A program made the translations under genes and the position numbers. A DNA stretch of 64,000 bases. It comes from Desulfatiglandales bacterium. GTDB lineage: Bacteria; Desulfobacterota; DSM-4660; Desulfatiglandales; HGW-15. The notes beneath the pieces were generated by a model. It made no database searches. It had not been told where the DNA came from and saw only the letters and a program-made list of their open reading frames with translations. Below are positions 39,354 through 46,722 of this stretch, piece by piece (the first letter of the stretch is position 1; each line of letters opens with the position of its first letter). The DNA lies in the NCBI GenBank assembly GCA_963667015.2, contig CAXXJJ010000003.1, positions 64,001 to 128,000 of the forward strand. The letters run 5' to 3'.

Positions 39354-40160
39354 ATGGGAAATAATAAAATAAAATCAACTCTTAAAAATGTACCCCAGAC
39401 AATGTTAATCCCCTTAAGGGCAAGATACCTTGAAACCAAAAAAACGGATGGCATTATCAATGATCCCAAATCCGTGGAGATATTTGATCAGATAGAGTGC
39501 GACTTTTCAGGTAAAAAAGAGGTGTCAAGCGGATCGCAGATGGGAGTATCCATTCGCACTGAAATACTGGATGAGCTTACCGGGCAATTCCTTGCAAAAC
39601 ATGAAGATGCAGTTGTGGTAAACCTTGGATGCGGCCTGGATACTCGCTTTCACAGGCTGGACAACGGTACTGTAACATGGTTTGACCTTGATGTTGCGGA
39701 AGCAATAGAGCTCAGAAAAAAATTCTTTAGGGAGAATGAAAGATATAGAATTATATCAAAATCAGCTCTGGATTTTCCATGGATAAAGGAGGTTCCAAAG
39801 GGGAGCCCGACCCTTTTTATTGCGGAAGGCCTTCTTATGTACTTCTCAGAATTCGAAGTGAAATCCCTTTTAAAAACAATCGGGGATAATTTCCCTGAAG
39901 CGGAAATGATCCTTGAGGCAATGTCTCCTTTTATAGCGAAAAGGACAAACAGGCACCCTGACGTAAAAAAATATAATGCGAATTTTAAGTGGGGAATAAA
40001 AACAGGAAAAGAGATAGACGCCTGGAATACAGGTGCCTCCTTTATTACCGAATACTACTATTTTGACAGGCATAAAAATAAGCAGGCATCGATTTACAGG
40101 CTTCTTGCATTGTTCCCGGGATTCAGGAAAATGATGAAGATAATACATATTGTTTTTTGA
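39354..40160 (+). CDS. Leucine carboxyl methyltransferase (TcmP-like) family SAM methyltransferase
   Basis: TMLIPLRAR; VVNLGCGLDTR; IAEGLLMYF. Confidence 0.9.
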   Translation: MGNNKIKSTLKNVPQTMLIPLRARYLETKKTDGIINDPKSVEIFDQIECDFSGKKEVSSGSQMGVSIRTEILDELTGQFLAKHEDAVVVNLGCGLDTRFHRLDNGTVTWFDLDVAEAIELRKKFFRENERYRIISKSALDFPWIKEVPKGSPTLFIAEGLLMYFSEFEVKSLLKTIGDNFPEAEMILEAMSPFIAKRTNRHPDVKKYNANFKWGIKTGKEIDAWNTGASFITEYYYFDRHKNKQASIYRLLALFPGFRKMMKIIHIVF

Positions 40161-40177
40161 TTTCCATCAGAAAAGGT

Positions 40178-40217
40178 TTGACAATATTCTTTATTATGGT
40201 ATTAGGTAAATCAAATA
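40178..40217 (+). promoter_or_regulatory. TTGACA promoter with TATTAG-N6-CAAATA box, copy 4
   Basis: TTGACA 40178-40183; TATTAG-GTAAAT-CAAATA 40200-40217. Confidence 0.7.
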
Positions 40218-40247
40218 AATATATAAAGCCCTAATTAATGTTTTATC

Positions 40248-40335
40248 GTCTTACGGCTCTCGACCCTTAATCAGTGTGGTGCGTTAAGTAGTGAAGGCGT
40301 GGCAGGTTTCAGCGAAACCTGCCACGCCTTTTTTT
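40248..40335 (+). ncRNA. Conserved structured leader RNA with intrinsic terminator, copy 4
   Basis: GTCTTACGGCTCTCG-ACC-loop-GGT-GCGTTAAGTAGTGAAGGCGTGGCAGGTTTC-AGC-GAAACCTGCCACGCCTTTTTTT. Confidence 0.75.
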
Positions 40336-40399
40336 GTTCGGGAACTGTCAGAGGTCATCGTTTATTTAAATTTGCATCTGCAATTAGGAGGATTGCCTT

Positions 40400-42271
40400 A
40401 TGAGTATCGAAAATACATCAAGAAAAACAAATAAAAAAGAAAATCCTGGAAGAAATGCCGCCTGGAGAAACTTTGTCGTGATTCTGGCTGTTCTGTTCAC
40501 ATTTATCCCGGTTGGCCTTACTGCAATGGCAACTGAAGCCGGTCCTGATTCGACTGAGGAGGAAGAGCTCTCCGAGATATCTGTTATTGAACTTGAAAAA
40601 ATAGTGGTCACTGCGACTAAAAACGAACATAACCTGGGAGATGTTCCCATTGGCACTACTGTTATCACCAGGGAGGAGCTGGAGAGTCAGAATATACATA
40701 ACCTGGCTGAGGCCCTGGAGATGCTTACCGGCCTGTTCAGGAACTCAAATGGCGTCAAGATCCACGGCCTGGACGTCTTTCACACATCCCTGATCATTGA
40801 CGGGCAGAAGCAGTACAAATGCCCGGGAAGGGCGCCGATACTGGATCGTTATCCCGTAGAGATGATTGAGCGTATCGAAATCAAGAAGGGAGCCTCTTCC
40901 GTCCTCAGTGGTGGCGAAACCTCGGGAGGTGTCATACATGTGATCACCAGGTCTGCCCCGGAAGAGCCTACCCTCAGCGCCTCCACCGGATTCGGTTCAA
41001 ACGGCAGGCAGGTCCATCATGCGGGGGGCGGCAGCAAAATCAGTAAGTTCGGATACCGTCTGGATGTTACAAGAAGCAAGTACGATGGAGAAGAGCCGGA
41101 GGATGCCTATACATATGACGATTTATGGGCAAGCCTGGAGTATGAAATTACTCCCAGACTCAAGACAGTCTTAAAGCCTAGCTACTATAAACAGGACAGT
41201 CCGGACTGGAAACAGGAGAAATATTCGCTTAACAGTATTACTGAATGGCGCCCGGATGACCTGTCCAAGTTTGTTGTCAGGGGTTCCATGCTGAAGCTGA
41301 AGTGGACTGAGAGCGAAATGTCCATGGACACCTATGAGGCGGAAACCTATTATAACCGGCTCTTTGGAAAACAACATTCGGCTACCTTTGGTTACCAGTA
41401 CCAGGGAGATTTTCCGGAAAATACAACAGTTGGGATGAAGGATCAGTACACAAACAATCTCTATTTTCAGGATGAGATAGATTTTTCCCGCCTGACCCTG
41501 CTGCTTGGAACCCGATGGGTTGATCATAACTGGTGGGGAGACGATTTTTTTCCCCAGGCCGGCCTGCTTTATAACCTGACAGACAACATTAAATTCAGGG
41601 CCTCTACCGAGAGGGGTTTTCGATCTGCCAAGGGATGCCACTCCTTTGAGGGATTAAAGTTTTTTAAGAAAAAATGGACACGCATAGACCCTGATCTTGC
41701 CCCGGAACTGACCTGGTCATATCAGAGCAGCCTTGAGTGGAAGATTTATAAAAAGGCCCTTTTGACCCTGTCCGTTTTCCGGAACGATCTCGAAGATAAA
41801 ATCGAGACCATTGCAACCTCTGAAACTTACAACGACCTGCCTGTGTATCTGGTGACAAACATTTCCGAGGCCCGAACCCAGGGCTGGGAAGTCAACCTCG
41901 TAATAGATTTTACCAAATCTTTCAGCGGACGTTTTGGCTACTACTATCTGGATTCGGAGAACCTGGAGACTGGAAAGGAACTGACCTACGACCCGACCCA
42001 TATGGCCAACGTTATTTTCCGCTACCGGTACGACCCCCTTGCCCTTGGCATCAGTGTGGGCGGAGAGTACGTGGGTGAACGCTACGCAGATGAAGACAAT
42101 ACAGAGAAGCTCGGCAGCTATTTTATGGTCGATATAAAGCTTACCAAGGAGATAGGTAAAAATTTTGAGGCCTTCTTTGAGGTTTCCAATCTCCTTGATG
42201 AAGAATACACGGAAGACGACGATGAGATGCCAGGCCTTGAAATATTTGGCGGTTTAACTGTTTCGTTCTAG
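40400..42271 (+). CDS. TonB-dependent receptor
   Basis: LEKIVVTATK; ERIEIKKGASSVLSGGETSGGVIHVITR; C-terminal F. Confidence 0.92.
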   Translation: MSIENTSRKTNKKENPGRNAAWRNFVVILAVLFTFIPVGLTAMATEAGPDSTEEEELSEISVIELEKIVVTATKNEHNLGDVPIGTTVITREELESQNIHNLAEALEMLTGLFRNSNGVKIHGLDVFHTSLIIDGQKQYKCPGRAPILDRYPVEMIERIEIKKGASSVLSGGETSGGVIHVITRSAPEEPTLSASTGFGSNGRQVHHAGGGSKISKFGYRLDVTRSKYDGEEPEDAYTYDDLWASLEYEITPRLKTVLKPSYYKQDSPDWKQEKYSLNSITEWRPDDLSKFVVRGSMLKLKWTESEMSMDTYEAETYYNRLFGKQHSATFGYQYQGDFPENTTVGMKDQYTNNLYFQDEIDFSRLTLLLGTRWVDHNWWGDDFFPQAGLLYNLTDNIKFRASTERGFRSAKGCHSFEGLKFFKKKWTRIDPDLAPELTWSYQSSLEWKIYKKALLTLSVFRNDLEDKIETIATSETYNDLPVYLVTNISEARTQGWEVNLVIDFTKSFSGRFGYYYLDSENLETGKELTYDPTHMANVIFRYRYDPLALGISVGGEYVGERYADEDNTEKLGSYFMVDIKLTKEIGKNFEAFFEVSNLLDEEYTEDDDEMPGLEIFGGLTVSF

Positions 42272-42313
42272 GCCTATTGTAAGTATTTTGAAAAAAGAAG
42301 GGATATAAGACTT

Positions 42314-43135
42314 ATGACAACAATTGCTTTTATGTTGTACTGGATAAAAACAGGCCTGTACGGGGCTGCATTGATATCCGGATTTTTTATCAGGGACGAT
42401 AAAGTGTACGACAACAACCCGCGGCGGTTTCTTGTTGCCGCGGTAGTCGTCCATCTTGCATTTATTATTATGTATGTAATAGCCGGCGGACATACCCCGG
42501 CACACGTGCGTTATGATGCATCAGTGGCACAATCTTTTATTCTCGGGATGCTGGTCCTGTTCACATTTAAAAGGCAGGCCTCTAGATTGTCCATGTCGCT
42601 GGCTGTCGGCACCATACTGCTCATTTCGACAATCGGTATCTATAAAACAAACATGGGGCTTGAACCTCACATGCCTTCGGAGAGGGTTTTAACCTTCCTG
42701 TTTTTCCATTTTAAAGATATCGGGGTTGCCTGTTTTGCCTGCTGTTTCAGCCTGTCGGCAGCCATCCTGATCAGACCTTTGGAAGATGAGTCCGATATGT
42801 TGAAAACAAACGGGGCAATACATATGTATGCCCTGTGGGGGTTTATATTTTTCTCTTTATCACAGCTTTTCGGATCTGTCTGGGCCGTGATCGGAGGCTA
42901 TGGAGATGTATGGATTTGGCGCCCCATGCACCTGTATTCCGCCATGATATGGATATTTTATGCTGCCATGCTCCACGCCGGAAGGTCAGGTGTCTGGCCC
43001 AAAAAGACTGCTCCGGTAATGGGTGTCATCGGTTTTGTGATGATCATATGGTGGTGGCTCTTTTTTGATTTTGTAGTTAAACCGGCCTGGCACAGCGCTT
43101 TTCTTGATGCAGGGCAGAAAGGAGGACTGGTATGA
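42314..43135 (+). CDS. CcsA/ResC-like cytochrome c assembly membrane protein with divergent WWD motif
   Basis: FGSVWAVIGGYGDVWIWRPMHLYSAMIWIFYAAMLH resembles the tryptophan-rich motif and following His. Confidence 0.75.
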   Translation: MTTIAFMLYWIKTGLYGAALISGFFIRDDKVYDNNPRRFLVAAVVVHLAFIIMYVIAGGHTPAHVRYDASVAQSFILGMLVLFTFKRQASRLSMSLAVGTILLISTIGIYKTNMGLEPHMPSERVLTFLFFHFKDIGVACFACCFSLSAAILIRPLEDESDMLKTNGAIHMYALWGFIFFSLSQLFGSVWAVIGGYGDVWIWRPMHLYSAMIWIFYAAMLHAGRSGVWPKKTAPVMGVIGFVMIIWWWLFFDFVVKPAWHSAFLDAGQKGGLV

Positions 43136-44004
43136 GTACTGAAAATACAGGTTACATAAGAAGGTGCTGGGCAGCTTTCGGTTCCATGCAGTTGTTCTTC
43201 TCACTGGCGCTGCTTATTGCTTTCTGGTTTTTTATATCCCTGGTAATATATCCCAGTTATTTTAAGGTATTCAACGCACTGGAAGAAACAACGATTATCC
43301 AGTGGCTGCTGGAGACAGGTGATGGGGCCTGCCCGGTCAGGGGGTGGCTGATTGTACTGATAATCCTGGTAGCCCTTATGACTGTCAACCTTGCAGTGTG
43401 TGTAGTGGATGATTTCAATCTGATAAAAAAAATAAGGTCGAAAAAAAATAACTGCAACGGCAGTGTTACAGGCAGGGTAAGTATTCTTATAATACATCTT
43501 TCATACATTATACTGATCCTCGGGCACCTTGCCAGTGCGATGCTTGGTACAAAATACTCATTTGATCTGAAGGAAGGCGAATTGATAAAAGACGCCACTC
43601 TGCCATTTACCATGCAGTGCACTCAGATAGCCTCGGTGATGGATGAACACAACAGCCCTGTGCCTGTCGCGACAATTATCATTAATCCCGGTGATGCCGG
43701 TGAAAAGGAGATAAAACTCTGCAAGAGTGAGACAATATTCACCAGCGGAAGATTGATGGTAATGGGTTCGAGAGACCTTAAACTGGCAGGAGACCAGGCT
43801 GATGAGCATCAGGGCAGGGGTGGAGGCAGAGGCCGCGGGGCCGGAAACAGGCTGGAGCCAAAACAGGAGCCTGTTACTGTGCCTGTCGCCCGGGTGATAG
43901 AAAATCCCGGGCTCCCCATTGATATTGCGGGAGGTATCCTGTTCTTTGGTGGGATGGTTTTACGTATGATGTTCAGACGTAAAAACGGTGTTAAACCACA
44001 ATAA
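43132..44004 (+). CDS. ResB/CcsB-like protein
   Basis: N-terminal TMs ending VNLAVC, IIHLSYIILILGHL, a periplasmic domain, and NPG plus C-terminal TM; overlaps the ccsA-like stop codon. Confidence 0.7.
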   Translation: MSTENTGYIRRCWAAFGSMQLFFSLALLIAFWFFISLVIYPSYFKVFNALEETTIIQWLLETGDGACPVRGWLIVLIILVALMTVNLAVCVVDDFNLIKKIRSKKNNCNGSVTGRVSILIIHLSYIILILGHLASAMLGTKYSFDLKEGELIKDATLPFTMQCTQIASVMDEHNSPVPVATIIINPGDAGEKEIKLCKSETIFTSGRLMVMGSRDLKLAGDQADEHQGRGGGRGRGAGNRLEPKQEPVTVPVARVIENPGLPIDIAGGILFFGGMVLRMMFRRKNGVKPQ

Positions 44005-44027
44005 ATGTAGCTGTATATTACTTTTTT

Positions 44028-44073
44028 AAATGCACAAAAACATGTGCCTATGTGCACATGTTTTTGTGCATTT
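44028..44073. terminator. Perfect 20-bp inverted repeat with 6-nt loop, probable terminator
   Basis: AAATGCACAAAAACATGTGC-CTATGT-GCACATGTTTTTGTGCATTT, 23 nt after the resB-like stop. Confidence 0.6.
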
Positions 44074-44290
44074 TGTATGATTTTTAAGATTCCGATTTTA
44101 GAATACTCCTTTGAGTACAGACTGCCGATTGTTGGATATCTCAATATAAAGGGGATTAAAAACAGGGGGTTGTATCCTCTCTGTTTTCTTTCTCATGTAT
44201 CTTGTCCGGTTATGGCATATATATTGTATACTGAAGACACTTGAACAAAGAAACCTGCCTTAATAAATAAAAAAATCAGGAAAATTAGCC

Positions 44291-46069
44291 ATGGAATTGA
44301 TTGATATTAAAAAGATTGATCTGTCTCCTTTCCAACATCGCAGGCATATGAATGCCGATAAACTAAGGGAGCTTGCCTCCAGTATCAGTCATGACGGGCT
44401 TATTGAGCCTGTGGTGTTAAGACGCCGCAACGGGCGATTTGAGCTCATATGCGGCGAGAGGAGACTAAGGGCTGTCAGGGAGTATACTGATATGCGGACC
44501 ATTCTCTCCAGGGTGATCGAGGCAAGCGATCTGGAGGCAAGACGCATGTGTGCTGCTGAAAACCTGCAGCGTGAGAACCTGTCTGCCATAGAAACTATTG
44601 AGATGATAGTCGATCTGATTGACGCTGAACTGGTCGGAGATGATGAATATAAACTTATGGGGGAATCCGCGGCTTTAAGAGTAAAAAATCTTCTTAGTAG
44701 GCTTGATTCTATGCGGAGAAGCAATAACAGGGGATCGTATATTTCAAAGGAGTTAGTCCACCTGTCCCGTAAATTTACGGGACAGGTGGAAAATATCTTT
44801 AAGAATTTGCCTAACCCATTGAAGTGGCAATCATTTTACAGAAACGACCTGTCGATTTTGCTGGAAACTTCAATGGAGGTTCAAGATGCAGCAGTAAACC
44901 ACAATCTCAACCGGTCTCAGGTAAAGGCACTGGAAGGTCTTAAACAGGCATCTCACGATGAATTTAAGAGGATTACCGTAAAAGGGCAGGGCAGTTCCGC
45001 TGCAGAAATAAGCGGATTGAGCGCCAGCGAAATAAAAGACATTACTGATAAGGCGGTCAGAAAGATGAAGATTGAACGGCCATGTTGTTCTGTTCAGGGT
45101 GCATTGCCAAAGGAAATAGCTGCATTAAAAATGAAGAGGCTTGGCTTTTCAAAGGAAAAGATTGCCTCCCTCCTGAGCATAAACAGTAAAACAGTAATGT
45201 CATACATTCAAAAGGGGAAGACAGCCAATCGTGTGAGAAAGGCAGTCAACGCAGGTATGCCTGTAAGCCAGGCTGCAATGGGAAATAGGTGCCCTCTGCC
45301 TCTTGCCTGGTCAATAGGTCTTGAAGGAAAAGACGACATGGAACGGTTCAGGTTTCTCGGGTGGGGACTGAGGACATGGGATTACTGGTTTTACAATGAT
45401 GTGGATAAACGTTTTGGTGATGACTGGCCCGGCCGTATCCCTGCCCAGATGATAGCGCATATGCTCTATTATTTTACTGGCCAGGGTGAACTGGTCATGG
45501 ACCCCATGGCAGGAGGAGGGGTTGTGCCTGATACATGTCTTGTAATGAACCGCCGCTGTGTGAGTTTTGATATGGAGGGCGATGCAGGTATACGACCGGA
45601 AATAGAACGATGGTACTGGGACCCTGATAATATGAAGTGGCCGCTGGACATGAAAACAAAACCGGATTTTATCCTGTTTGATCCTCCCTATTTCAGTAAA
45701 AAGGCCAATGAATATCACAGTGACAGCATAGCGGGCATGTCAAAAAAAGACTATATAAGGTTCTTTGAACTGTTTTTTACTCTTGCTTGTAAAAACAGCA
45801 AAAAGGAAACCATAATGGCGATTATTAACGCCGACTGGAGGGATTTCCAGGGCAGGCCGGCAAGGGAAGAGACATGGGAAAATTCCATCCTGATAGATGA
45901 TTATATAAGCGCCATGGTAAAAGGAGGATGGAAAATGACCCATATGATACAAGCCCCCATGTCATCTGAACGTTTCAATGCCGGTGTTGTATCTGCTATG
46001 CAGAAAAAAAGGATACTTGGTGTGACATGCAGGTATGTGCTGGTTGCCAGAAAGAGGGCTGAAGTGTAA
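44291..46069 (+). CDS. ParB/Spo0J N-terminal domain + HTH + amino (N6/N4) DNA methyltransferase fusion
   Basis: GLIEPVVLR...FELICGERRLRA...ENLQRENLSAIE (ParB); SKEKIASLLSINSKTV (HTH); VMDPMAGGG and LFDPPY (MTase motifs I and IV). Confidence 0.88.
   Translation: MELIDIKKIDLSPFQHRRHMNADKLRELASSISHDGLIEPVVLRRRNGRFELICGERRLRAVREYTDMRTILSRVIEASDLEARRMCAAENLQRENLSAIETIEMIVDLIDAELVGDDEYKLMGESAALRVKNLLSRLDSMRRSNNRGSYISKELVHLSRKFTGQVENIFKNLPNPLKWQSFYRNDLSILLETSMEVQDAAVNHNLNRSQVKALEGLKQASHDEFKRITVKGQGSSAAEISGLSASEIKDITDKAVRKMKIERPCCSVQGALPKEIAALKMKRLGFSKEKIASLLSINSKTVMSYIQKGKTANRVRKAVNAGMPVSQAAMGNRCPLPLAWSIGLEGKDDMERFRFLGWGLRTWDYWFYNDVDKRFGDDWPGRIPAQMIAHMLYYFTGQGELVMDPMAGGGVVPDTCLVMNRRCVSFDMEGDAGIRPEIERWYWDPDNMKWPLDMKTKPDFILFDPPYFSKKANEYHSDSIAGMSKKDYIRFFELFFTLACKNSKKETIMAIINADWRDFQGRPAREETWENSILIDDYISAMVKGGWKMTHMIQAPMSSERFNAGVVSAMQKKRILGVTCRYVLVARKRAEV
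44757..44790. repeat. Perfect 34-bp palindrome inside the parB-MTase gene
   Basis: TCCACCTGTCCCGTAAA|TTTACGGGACAGGTGGA. Confidence 0.9.
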
Positions 46070-46152
46070 GTATAAGGAGAATTGCTCATTTAAATTCAAC
46101 AAGTTCTTTTTCTTTCAGTTCCAGATGATCTGTTGTTATCCTAATTTTTTTA

Positions 46153-46181
46153 TTGACAAAAAGGTTAAGTAGCTTTACTGT
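46153..46181 (+). promoter_or_regulatory. marR promoter (TTGACA-17-TACTGT) with operator GTTAAG-TAG-CTTTAC
   Basis: TTGACA 46153-46158, TACTGT 46176-46181, operator 46164-46178; a perfect version lies at 46679-46693. Confidence 0.7.
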
Positions 46182-46188
46182 AAGTGGT

Positions 46189-46662
46189 ATGGATACTAAA
46201 GAAGAAATAATAAGGCATGCTATACAGCAGCTTCTACAGGTTGCAAGGAAGTATTCACGTTCCGAGGAACTCCCGATCACTGTAGATGAAGGGTTCGAGA
46301 TTTCAACTGCCGAGGCACATACAATTCAGGCGGTTGGAGAAGGAGAGCAGGTAAGGGTTATAGATATTGCAAAAAGATTCGGTATATCAAAGAGTGCTGC
46401 GTCCCAGATGGTTTCCAAGCTTATAAAAAAAGGATTTATCGAAAAAAAACAGTCTTTAGAAAACAGCAAGGAATACCCCCTGTCCCTTACCAAACTGGGA
46501 TGGCGGGGGTTTGAGGCCCATAAAAAGTTTCATGGTAAAGATATGGAATACTTAATAAAAAGCCTTGATTCCTTTTCCCTGTCGCAAATATCAACAATAT
46601 CCGTACTGCTGGAGGCCCTGGGCAGTGTAATGGATGAAAGGTTATTTAAAAAACAGGGTTAA
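46189..46662 (+). CDS. MarR family transcriptional regulator
   Basis: VIDIAKRFGISKSAASQMVSKLIKKGFI; start moved to ATG 46189. Confidence 0.9.
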   Translation: MDTKEEIIRHAIQQLLQVARKYSRSEELPITVDEGFEISTAEAHTIQAVGEGEQVRVIDIAKRFGISKSAASQMVSKLIKKGFIEKKQSLENSKEYPLSLTKLGWRGFEAHKKFHGKDMEYLIKSLDSFSLSQISTISVLLEALGSVMDERLFKKQG

Positions 46663-46678
46663 TTTTTTTGCCCTAAAG

Positions 46679-46693
46679 GTTAAGTAGCTTAAC
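46679..46693 (+). promoter_or_regulatory. Putative MarR operator upstream of the RND gene
   Basis: GTTAAG-TAG-CTTAAC perfect palindrome, repeated at the marR promoter. Confidence 0.7.
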
Positions 46694-46722
46694 TAAAATA
46701 TGAGGAGTGTAAGAAGAATAAT

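Noticed and set aside
1607..40335. CRISPR array or REP interpretation of the four repeats
   Set aside because: The copies are kilobases apart with no spacers or cas genes, and always lie in sense orientation between a promoter and a first gene.
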